A DNA stretch of 64,000 nucleotides from an uncultured Spirochaetota bacterium (GTDB lineage Bacteria; Spirochaetota; UBA4802; UBA5550), in contig CAWHAA010000002.1 in NCBI GenBank assembly GCA_963827275.1, positions 96,001 through 160,000 of the forward strand, written 5' to 3'. Shown here piece by piece: positions 52,903-61,307 of this stretch (the first letter of the stretch is position 1; each line of letters starts with the position of its first letter). The notes beneath the pieces were generated by a model. The model did not search any database and had not been told where the DNA came from. It saw only the letters and a list, made by a program, of their open reading frames with translations. Made by a program: the position numbers and the translations under genes.

Positions 52903-53949
52903 ATGGAAGATGAAAAAATAACCTGCACCGACAAGATACTGAACGAACAGGAAGAGGAACGCTCCCTGCGGCCGTCGCGCTTTGATGAGTTCATTGGCCA
53001 GAAAAAGAACACCGAAAACCTGAAAATATTCATCAAGTCGGCCAAGATGAGGGACGTCCCCCTCGATCACGTGCTGCTTGCGGGTCCCCCGGGTCTTGGC
53101 AAAACCACGTTGGCGCTGATCATCGCCAGGGAACTGGGTGTAAATATCAAGGCAACCTCGGCGCCGGTGATAGACAAGGCCGGAGACCTGGCTTCCATTC
53201 TTACCGCGCTTGAGGACAACGATGTCTTGTTCATCGATGAAATACACCGGCTCTCGCCGGCGATTGAAGAGATACTCTATCCGGCGCTTGAAGATCGCTC
53301 CCTTGACATCGTCATCGGCCAGGGGATCGGTGCCCGGAGCATCAAGCTCAACCTCAAGCCCTTCACGCTCATCGGCGCCACCACGCGGACGGGGCTCCTC
53401 ACCTCGGCGCTGCGCGATCGTTTCGGGATCAACATGCGGCTTGAATACTACACCATCGAGGAGCTGCGCGAAATCGCCCTCAGGACCGCCTCGATTCTGC
53501 ACTGTGCCATTGATGGTGACGCAGCGCTTGAAATAGCGAAACGGTCCCGGCGGACCCCGCGAATAGTGAACAGAATTCTAAAGCGGGTATCGGATTTCGC
53601 GACCGTGGGCGGCCTGAAAAAAATCGATCTGAAGATAACCAGGTACGCGCTCGAAAAACTCGAAATTGACGATCTCGGTCTTGATGAGATGGACCGGAGG
53701 TTCCTGTCGACGATCATCGCCAAGTATGCCGGCGGCCCGGTAGGGATCAAGACGATTGCCATTTCAATCGGCGAGGAGATTGACACGCTGGAAGACTACT
53801 ATGAGCCGTTCCTCGTCCAGAGCGGCCTCATCAAGCGGACACCGAGGGGCCGGGTCGCCACGCCGCTTGCGTACCAGCACCTGGGCCTCAACTGCGCCGC
53901 TCCCGAGCAGGACGCCGTGCAGGAACGCCTGTTTGACGGCGATGAGTAA
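52903..53949 (+). CDS. ruvB: Holliday junction branch-migration ATPase RuvB
   Basis: SLRP, GPPGLGKTT, FIDEIHRL, GATTR, LRDRFG, EPFL, RTPRGR. Confidence 0.97.
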   Translation: MEDEKITCTDKILNEQEEERSLRPSRFDEFIGQKKNTENLKIFIKSAKMRDVPLDHVLLAGPPGLGKTTLALIIARELGVNIKATSAPVIDKAGDLASILTALEDNDVLFIDEIHRLSPAIEEILYPALEDRSLDIVIGQGIGARSIKLNLKPFTLIGATTRTGLLTSALRDRFGINMRLEYYTIEELREIALRTASILHCAIDGDAALEIAKRSRRTPRIVNRILKRVSDFATVGGLKKIDLKITRYALEKLEIDDLGLDEMDRRFLSTIIAKYAGGPVGIKTIAISIGEEIDTLEDYYEPFLVQSGLIKRTPRGRVATPLAYQHLGLNCAAPEQDAVQERLFDGDE

Positions 53950-54056
53950 CCCGCCGGGGTTACGCGGCAAAACCTCCCGTCTCGGGCTTCACGTTCAAAT
54001 AATTCCTTGATTTTTTGCTTCTCCCTTCCGAAAATAAATCCGAGTAGATACCGGCA

Positions 54057-54716
54057 ATGAGGAATGTCATGAAAAAATATATGTTTTCTATACTGCTGCT
54101 GTGGCTGGCGCCGTGTGTTACCATGGCTCAGTCAACTCCCGGCGCAGAGAAACCGAAGGTCAGTACGAACATACCCTCCGTATCACAGTACAGCGACAAC
54201 TTCGTAATCAAAAACGTATTTTTTAACCGGCGCATTGATACGGGACTCAAAGGGGAATTCCTTGAAGTAGAATTTTTAATTGAAAACAAAACCGATGATC
54301 CAATGGACCTCTACATTTTTGTCATTGCAACCTATGAGAATGTTGAAAGGACAAAATCAAGCTTTGAACGGCCGGTCCCGCAGCGGGAACGGATCAGGAC
54401 ATTCGTTCCCTATCCCGACGATATATCGAATTTCTCCTACCCGGACACCGATGAAAAGGGAAATGTCAGGAAGGACAACAACGGACGGGAAATCGTAAAG
54501 CTTGTAAAATTCCCTAAAAACCCGAAAGCGGGCGTTGATCCGAAGACAGGCAAGCCGTACCACCTCGTTGACAAATTGCAGATCTATACAATGCACCTGA
54601 GCAAGTACCGGCAAAATTATTTCTTTTATAATAACATCGCGATCCTTGTCTTTGACGAGGAGGGGAAACCGGTGTTCAGGCAGTTATACGAGATCAAGGG
54701 AAAGAGAAACAGATGA
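54057..54716 (+). CDS. Exported hypothetical protein
   Basis: 219-aa ORF with signal peptide MKKYMFSILLLWLAPCVTMA; followed by a terminator. Confidence 0.7.
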   Translation: MRNVMKKYMFSILLLWLAPCVTMAQSTPGAEKPKVSTNIPSVSQYSDNFVIKNVFFNRRIDTGLKGEFLEVEFLIENKTDDPMDLYIFVIATYENVERTKSSFERPVPQRERIRTFVPYPDDISNFSYPDTDEKGNVRKDNNGREIVKLVKFPKNPKAGVDPKTGKPYHLVDKLQIYTMHLSKYRQNYFFYNNIAILVFDEEGKPVFRQLYEIKGKRNR

Positions 54717-54740
54717 TAAACTGAATAACTGATAATGAAT

Positions 54741-54769
54741 AAAACCCTCTTGATTTAGAGGGTTTTTTT
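54741..54769. terminator. Bidirectional intrinsic terminator between convergent genes
   Basis: aaaaccctct-tgattt-agagggtttttt. Confidence 0.85.
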
Positions 54770-55931
54770 ATATCACCCTGACCATTACAACTTCCTTGAT
54801 GTTCCTGATCTGCGTGACCGTGGGGTCATCGATTTCCGAATCGATATCGATGATATTATACGCGTAATCGCCCTTGCTCTTGTTCAGCATGTTCGCGATG
54901 TTTATCTTTCTACCGGCAAGCACCTGGGTGATCTGTCCGATGATTGCGGGAATGTTTTTGTTCGCGATGACGATCCGCCGTTTCGCCGACAGTGCCATGG
55001 AACAGTCGGGGAAATTGACCGAATTCCTGATGTTCCCCTTCTCGAGATATTCGCGGAGCTGGTCAATAGCCATCTCCGCGCAGTTTTCTTCCGATTCGGG
55101 TGTTGAAGCGCCCAGATGCGGGATGGGGATCACCCCGTCAATCTGGAGCAGTTCATCATCGGGAAAGTCAGTCACGTAGGATGCCACGGTGCCTGCTTTC
55201 AGCGCCGCCGTGAGGTCGGCGTTATTGACAAGGCCGCCGCGCGCGAAATTTATAATGCGTACGCCTTTTTTCATGAGGGCGAACCGGTCCTTGTTCAGCA
55301 TCCCCTTGGTCCTGTCATCCAGTGGCGCGTGCAGCGTGATATAGTCGGATTCAGCTACCAGGGTATCAAGGCTGATTGCCCTCTTCACCGAGCGGGAAAG
55401 CACCCAGGCCGTCTCAACAGAGATGAACGGATCATAACCGGTCACCTCCATGCCCAGGGAGAGGGCATCGTTTGCGACAATGACCCCGACCGCGCCGAGG
55501 CCGATGACGCCGAGTTTTTTCCCCTTGATCTCGGGTCCGGTATAGTCGGATTTTCCCTTTTCAATGAGCTTGGGGACTTCATCTCCCTTTCCCGCCAGGC
55601 TTTTGACCCAGGCGATGGCCTCGTAAACCTTCCGTGACCCCATGAGGAGGCCAAGGATCACGAGCTCCTTAACGGCATTGGCGTTTGCCCCGGGCGTGTT
55701 GAATACGACGACTCCTCTTTTTGAACAGGCATCAACCGGGATATTGTTGATGCCCGCACCGGCGCGGGCTATCGCGAGAAGCGACCGGGGGAGTTCCATG
55801 GTGAGCATGTCGGCGCTCCGCACCAGTATTGCGTCGGGATTCATGATATCGCTGGCATGTTCATACAGGTCCGCCGGAAAGCGGCTGAGGCCCTCTGGGG
55901 ATATCCTGTTCAATTTTTGTATTTTGAACAT
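54768..55931 (-). CDS. serA: D-3-phosphoglycerate dehydrogenase with ACT domain
   Basis: ARAGAG, NTPGANANAVKEL, GVIGLGAVG, NFARG, PHLGAST, C-terminal ACT-like region; downstream of serC. Confidence 0.9.
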   Translation of the reverse strand: MFKIQKLNRISPEGLSRFPADLYEHASDIMNPDAILVRSADMLTMELPRSLLAIARAGAGINNIPVDACSKRGVVVFNTPGANANAVKELVILGLLMGSRKVYEAIAWVKSLAGKGDEVPKLIEKGKSDYTGPEIKGKKLGVIGLGAVGVIVANDALSLGMEVTGYDPFISVETAWVLSRSVKRAISLDTLVAESDYITLHAPLDDRTKGMLNKDRFALMKKGVRIINFARGGLVNNADLTAALKAGTVASYVTDFPDDELLQIDGVIPIPHLGASTPESEENCAEMAIDQLREYLEKGNIRNSVNFPDCSMALSAKRRIVIANKNIPAIIGQITQVLAGRKINIANMLNKSKGDYAYNIIDIDSEIDDPTVTQIRNIKEVVMVRVI

Positions 55932-55940
55932 CTACACACC

Positions 55941-57023
55941 TTATCTGTTTGCCATCTCGAATTTTTTCATAAAGTCGATCAGTTTCCTGATCCCTTCGAT
56001 CGGCATGGCGTTGTAAATACTCGCCCGCATACCACCGACCGAGCGGTGGCCCTCAAGCTGCACGAATCCCGCTTTATTTGCTTCTTTTAAAAATTTGGCT
56101 TCAAGCTCCTTGGTTGTCGCGATGAACGGAACGTTCATAAGTGAACGGTCTTCCCTCGCTATCGGGCTCTTGAACATGGCGGAATTATCGATATGGTCAT
56201 AGAAGAGTTTCGCTTTTTCTTCGTTGATCTTCTGCATGCCCGGCACGCCGCCCAGCTCCCTGAGCCATTCGAATACCAGCTTCGCAATGTAGATGCCGTA
56301 GGTCGGGGGCGTATTGTAGAGGGACCTGTTTTCAACATGGGTCGTGTACTTGAGCATGAGCGGCGTGATCTCCATGGCATGCCCGACCAGGTCTTCCCTG
56401 ATAATGACGATGGTGAGGCCGGCGGGCCCGATGTTTTTCTGCGCGCCTGCGAATATAATCCCGAACCTCTTCACGTCGACAACTTCGGAGAGTATATTTG
56501 ACGACATGTCGGCAACCAGGGGCACGCTCCCGGTATCGGGATAGGTCGTAAACCTGGTGCCTTCGATAGTGTTGTTGGAGCAAATATGGAAATACTCGGC
56601 GTCCTTTGAAAACGTGCTGCTGTCAAGCTTCGGGATATAGGTGAAATTCCTGTCTTCGGAAGAGGCGACAATGTTCAAAGAGCCGTAGTGCCTGATCTCT
56701 TCTATCGCCCGTTTTGTCCAGGTCCCCGTGTGGACAATGTCGACCTTTTTGCTGCCCCTGAGGAGGTTCAGGGGGATCATGGAGAACTGGCTTGACGCGC
56801 CCCCCTGAAGAAACAGGACCTTGTAGTTGTCCGGTATGCCCATCAGCTCACGGAGCAATGCCTCGGCGGTCATGATAATATCGTCGAAGGCCTTGGAGCG
56901 GTGGCTCATCTCCATCACGGACATTCCGGAATCCCTGTATTCCACCAGTTCGCTCGCTGCTTTTTTTAGAACTGGTTCGGGAAGTACTGCCGGGCCGGCT
57001 GAGAAATTGTATACTCGTGTCAT
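55941..57023 (-). CDS. serC: Phosphoserine aminotransferase
   Basis: YNFSAGPA, EMSHRS, LQGGAS, DMSS, GAQKNIGP (PLP Lys), NTPPT, GHRSVGGMRASIYN; AAGGAG RBS before ATG 57023. Confidence 0.96.
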   Translation of the reverse strand: MTRVYNFSAGPAVLPEPVLKKAASELVEYRDSGMSVMEMSHRSKAFDDIIMTAEALLRELMGIPDNYKVLFLQGGASSQFSMIPLNLLRGSKKVDIVHTGTWTKRAIEEIRHYGSLNIVASSEDRNFTYIPKLDSSTFSKDAEYFHICSNNTIEGTRFTTYPDTGSVPLVADMSSNILSEVVDVKRFGIIFAGAQKNIGPAGLTIVIIREDLVGHAMEITPLMLKYTTHVENRSLYNTPPTYGIYIAKLVFEWLRELGGVPGMQKINEEKAKLFYDHIDNSAMFKSPIAREDRSLMNVPFIATTKELEAKFLKEANKAGFVQLEGHRSVGGMRASIYNAMPIEGIRKLIDFMKKFEMANR

Positions 57024-57119
57024 GGGTATCTCCTTATAGCTTGTAATGACAGGCGGCTGTTGCGCGTGCCGCATCGATGCAATAGGTAACGGTGCCAGCA
57101 GTTCTGCTCTGACACACCG

Positions 57120-57776
57120 CTATCGTTCGCCGCGTGCGAGCAGTGACGACAGGTACCTGAATTCGGTTATGATGTCGATATTCCGTATGTACACCGAGGC
57201 GACCGGGGAGCTAAGGATTACCGGCGTAAAGTTGATGATCCCTTTTATGCCGCCCTGAACCAGGCGCTCGGTGATTTTTTTTATGTTCCGGTCCCGCTCT
57301 GTTACTACCGCCAGTTCGATCGCTTCTTTTTTTACAATCGATTCTATTTCGTATGTCGGGTATACCGGGATGGTTGATTGCATCGTCTCCAGCTTGTTTA
57401 TGTTTGAATCAAAGCCCGCGATAATCTTGAAGGATGGAAACGGCAGTGACTGGTAGTCAAGTATCACTGACCCGAGGGGGCCGAGCCCGATCAGGCATGC
57501 GTTCCGTTCCCTGGTAAAGCCCAGTGTCTCCTCGATGCTTTTTTTCAGTCCCTGTATATCGTACCCCGCGCCGCTGGTGCCGTTTTCTCCCAGGTACCCT
57601 ATGTCTTTTCGTATGCTGTGTGAACCGGCGCCAAGCCTGGTGCCGATGTCCCGGGATGATATGGATCGTTCGTCCTTTTCGCCTATCTCTTCAAGCAGGG
57701 TATATAAGGTACACAACCGCGATAATGCCGGTTGTGGAATATAGTTTTTTCCTTTATTGAGTTTATCAGTAATCAT
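57120..57776 (-). CDS. rex: Redox-sensing transcriptional repressor Rex
   Basis: IPQPALSRL..Y, ISS, IRKDIGYLG..G.SGAGY, LIGLGPLG (Rossmann), GIINFTP. Start taken at ATG 57776. Confidence 0.88.
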   Translation of the reverse strand: MITDKLNKGKNYIPQPALSRLCTLYTLLEEIGEKDERSISSRDIGTRLGAGSHSIRKDIGYLGENGTSGAGYDIQGLKKSIEETLGFTRERNACLIGLGPLGSVILDYQSLPFPSFKIIAGFDSNINKLETMQSTIPVYPTYEIESIVKKEAIELAVVTERDRNIKKITERLVQGGIKGIINFTPVILSSPVASVYIRNIDIITEFRYLSSLLARGER

Positions 57777-57784
57777 AAAAATCA

Positions 57785-57802
57785 CCGTGAAATAATTCAC
57801 AA
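57785..57802. promoter_or_regulatory. Rex operator-like site 1
   Basis: CCGTGAA-ataa-TTCACAA versus consensus TTGTGAA-N4-TTCACAA (2 mismatches), just upstream of rex. Confidence 0.75.
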
Positions 57803-57827
57803 TAATTGTCAAATAAATTTTGGTAGA

Positions 57828-57845
57828 TTGTGAAAAATTTCTCAA
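57828..57845. promoter_or_regulatory. Rex operator-like site 2
   Basis: TTGTGAA-aaat-TTCTCAA (1 mismatch to consensus), in the rex/DUF1015 divergent region. Confidence 0.8.
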
Positions 57846-57943
57846 TTTTTTTGGTTGAAAATTATACCGGCTATAGATAAATGGTCTGTTAATACAATTT
57901 ATGATTACATTCTTATCATTATAAATTCTACCAGGATATAAAG

Positions 57944-59170
57944 ATGGCTCTACTACATGATTTTAGAGGCCTGCGTCCGAAAAAGGACCTGGTATCCCGG
58001 GTCTCAGTCCTGCCCTATGATGTGGTCAGTACCGATGAAGCCAGGAAAGCGGGCGGCAATAATCCATACAGCTTTTTTCATATATCGAAACCGGAGATAG
58101 ATTTTCCGGATACGATCGATAGCCATGATCCCCGGGTATTTGAACATGGAAAGGAATATCTGAGCAGAATGGTCAGGGACGGCGTCCTTGTCCAGGATGA
58201 AGCGCCCTGCCTGTATCTCTATACGCAGGTAATGGACGGCCGTGAGCAGACCGGACTGATCGCCTGCGTCAGCATCGATGATTACATAAACAAAGTAATA
58301 AAAAAACATGAGCTGACCAGGGAAGACAAGGAGCTCGAGCGGACAAGGCACACTGACGTTCTCAATGTGAACTCCGGGCAGGTTTTTCTTTTCTTCAGGG
58401 ATTCAGGGTCGAAGCGCCAGCTGTTCGAACAGGCGATGCGGATAGAACCTGAATATGATTTCAGGACCGGGGACGGGGTGCGGCAGGTCGTCCGGGTGAT
58501 CAGGGACAGGGCGATGATCGCGTCCTTCAAGGACGCCTTCAGGGACGATGTGCTGTATATTGCAGACGGGCATCACCGGGCAGCGTCGGCGGTCCGGGTG
58601 GGTATGGAGCGGCGAAAGGCGAACAGGGGGCATAACGGATCGGAAGAATACAATCGCTTCATGGCGGTGATTTTCCCCCACAGCCAGCTGAAAATTCTTG
58701 CCTACAATCGAATCATCCGCGACCTGAACGGGCTCACTGCCGATACGTTTATCAAAAAATTATCTGAAAATTTTAAAGTAGAAAAAACCGGGCTGACCGT
58801 ACCGGAGACAATCCACACGATATGCATGTATCTCGGGTCTGCCTGGTACCTGCTTGCGCCCCGCTTCGATCCGGGGGATGATCCCATCATCAGCCTCGAC
58901 GTGAAGATCTTTCAGGAATACGTGCTCGGGCCGGTCCTGGGTATCATGGACCCGCGGACTGATAAGCGGATAGACTTCATAGGCGGCACAAACAGCGTCG
59001 CAGAATTGAAGGAACGGGTTGATTCAGGGGAATTCACGGTCGCCTTTTCCCTCTACCCGACGACCCTTGAGCAACTGATGCGGGTATCTGACACCGACGG
59101 GATCATGCCGCCGAAATCGACGTGGTTTGAGCCTAAGCTTCAGAGCGGGCTTGTGGTGCATCTTTTGTGA
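57944..59170 (+). CDS. DUF1015 family protein (ParB/Srx-like motif)
   Basis: LPYDVV, IKKHELT, YIADGHHR, ILAYNR, MPPKSTWFEPKL.SGL. Confidence 0.9.
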   Translation: MALLHDFRGLRPKKDLVSRVSVLPYDVVSTDEARKAGGNNPYSFFHISKPEIDFPDTIDSHDPRVFEHGKEYLSRMVRDGVLVQDEAPCLYLYTQVMDGREQTGLIACVSIDDYINKVIKKHELTREDKELERTRHTDVLNVNSGQVFLFFRDSGSKRQLFEQAMRIEPEYDFRTGDGVRQVVRVIRDRAMIASFKDAFRDDVLYIADGHHRAASAVRVGMERRKANRGHNGSEEYNRFMAVIFPHSQLKILAYNRIIRDLNGLTADTFIKKLSENFKVEKTGLTVPETIHTICMYLGSAWYLLAPRFDPGDDPIISLDVKIFQEYVLGPVLGIMDPRTDKRIDFIGGTNSVAELKERVDSGEFTVAFSLYPTTLEQLMRVSDTDGIMPPKSTWFEPKLQSGLVVHLL

Positions 59171-59230
59171 TGCCTGGTGCGGGAACATGCAGACAGCCGG
59201 TTCCCGGTTAAAAAAAGAAGGGGGGACGTT

Positions 59231-59380
59231 CTACTTTTTCTTGGGGCAGCCCACCACGGTATCCTTGTCCAGGACCCTGGGCTGGAGTTCATCGCCGTAT
59301 TTGCATAGAACGCAGTCCGCTCTTGTTTCGATGAAGAATGCACAGGTTGTGCATTCTTCCAGTTTCATTGGTTTTCTCAT
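59231..59380 (-). CDS. 49-aa Cys-rich microprotein (absent from the ORF track)
   Basis: ATG 59380 to TAG 59231: MRKPMKLEECTTCAFFIETRADCVLCKYGDELQPRVLDKDTVVGCPKKK. Confidence 0.65.
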   Translation of the reverse strand: MRKPMKLEECTTCAFFIETRADCVLCKYGDELQPRVLDKDTVVGCPKKK

Positions 59381-59509
59381 TTAAATACCACTATCTGTCC
59401 CGCAGAATTAATTTCTCGCTTTACGCTCCATGACGGGCGCTGTCGCTTTCATCATGGCGTTTGCAGATATGAAGATACTACAGAACGGCATGTACGAGTA
59501 AAGAAGAAA

Positions 59510-59761
59510 TTAAAGGCCGGCTGATTTTATGATGAAATTAATCAACTGCCTGGCCATGTACTTCCTGGTGGCATTGTCAGGGAGGCGGGTGATATAATCA
59601 GAGAGGAGATCGGTCATATGAACATCAATCACGGGAGCTGTTCGCGTGCTATCGGGTTCAATGCTTTCGAGAAGGGGCCCAGTCTCGGCAGGATGCCCGT
59701 ACCGGCTCGTTCTCCCGATCGGGGTTCCCGCCTGAAACAATGTATTTTGCGGCTGTTCCAT
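59510..59761 (-). CDS. Hypothetical protein (83 aa)
   Basis: ATG-started ORF with an amphipathic C-terminal helical segment (DLLSDYITRL...YMARQLINFII); fills otherwise empty space. Confidence 0.45.
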   Translation of the reverse strand: MEQPQNTLFQAGTPIGRTSRYGHPAETGPLLESIEPDSTRTAPVIDVHMTDLLSDYITRLPDNATRKYMARQLINFIIKSAGL

Positions 59762-60191
59762 AATATTCAGGATCAATTCCTGTTTATTAGCTCATTAATA
59801 TTTTCGATAGATTGTCATGTATCGATAATAGATTTTATTGGTTTGGCATGAGAAAAATTGATCCCGCCTGTCATCCGGTTATTGAATTGAAAAAAAAGGC
59901 AAAAAAATGATGATTTTTATGCATTTTTATAAATGCATTGACAATTTATATAATTGTAATCATTTTAAATTAGCAGTTTGCCGGGAAACAACAAACAGCT
60001 AAACGATATATGGAAGCATCGCCTTTTTTTGAGGCTTTAGCCGATAAAAATGTGAGGGTTTACGAATTCACTTCGTAAAACTGGCCCTGAAAAACTCCAT
60101 GGAGCGGGTTTTTCAGGAAACTGGTAGATTTTTTTTGTATATATAGTAACAGCTCGTATAAATTTGCGCCACAGTGTTGGGACAGTACACT

Positions 60192-61307
60192 ATGAGTAAA
60201 CCCGCATTCAATAAATGGATAATGATCCTCTCAATTTCGTCAGCACTCCTCGCCTGCCCGGGTCTGTTCTTGGGGACGGGGCATACTGAGATTTATGAAG
60301 GAACCGCGAATAATTACAATTATTACGCTGAAACGATAAATATAAAGAGCATTAATGGGAAACTCTACGCATATATTGTGCTGCTCTTCAACGAAAATCC
60401 GCATTTTGTGAACATGATCCAGAAGGACAGTATCCCGCTGAAGATAATGGGCAGCGATGGATTCCATATCAGGGAATACAAGAATTACCTCGCATCGATA
60501 CGGGACAAAAAGCTGAAGGGCCTCGCCAATCTCCTTCTTTCAATTTACCTTGAGGCGCGGAAATATGACCACAAGGCATTGCACGGTGTGGAGGAGCTCC
60601 TGACCGGCAGGGACATTATATTGAAATTTTCAAGGGATAAAAATGACTGGTCTGAAAAGATTTCCCTTGATTACTGCATATTCGGGAAGAAAAAAATCGT
60701 TGATATCAAGCACCCGTTTTTTGAGATCAGGGAGAACATTTTCAATATCCAGCCGTTTATATATTATGACGAGTTTTCCACGAGTAATTCGACGTTTTAC
60801 TTTGACATGATATACATAAACCCGGTCGAAGTCGATAATGACTACATCATTGCAAGAAAAATACTCAACGGTGAAAATGTCAGCTCCATGTTCTTCGTCG
60901 GGTCACAGATCACGGATGATATACGGTATTGCCTCTCGCGGGCGTTCAGGGATAAAAAGAACATCAAGATCGAGATATGGAAGATGTTCATTATTCATGA
61001 GCTGACGCACAAGGTGCTCAACAACAGGTACAATAACTTCGACCAGGTGCAGGGAGAGGAATTATCGCTGGGGAGCACCATGTATTATAACCCGCTGCTC
61101 GGGCTTTCAGTGCTCTACAGCTACCTGAACTACAATGCGATCAATCCGCACCGCGTGGCAGCCATGAACTACGTCAGGTTCATTTCAAAAAATACCGGCA
61201 AGGCCGCAATAATTGAAAATCCGGGGCTTATAAAATTTTTGCCGTCGGGCGAACTGCAGAGCCTGTCAAAAAAACATTTCATATCCAGCATTAAAAGCGT
61301 TAGATGA
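60192..61307 (+). CDS. Exported hypothetical protein with HExxH zincin-like motif
   Basis: Signal-like N-terminus ending LLAC; FIIHELTHKV followed by GEELS. Confidence 0.7.
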   Translation: MSKPAFNKWIMILSISSALLACPGLFLGTGHTEIYEGTANNYNYYAETINIKSINGKLYAYIVLLFNENPHFVNMIQKDSIPLKIMGSDGFHIREYKNYLASIRDKKLKGLANLLLSIYLEARKYDHKALHGVEELLTGRDIILKFSRDKNDWSEKISLDYCIFGKKKIVDIKHPFFEIRENIFNIQPFIYYDEFSTSNSTFYFDMIYINPVEVDNDYIIARKILNGENVSSMFFVGSQITDDIRYCLSRAFRDKKNIKIEIWKMFIIHELTHKVLNNRYNNFDQVQGEELSLGSTMYYNPLLGLSVLYSYLNYNAINPHRVAAMNYVRFISKNTGKAAIIENPGLIKFLPSGELQSLSKKHFISSIKSVR

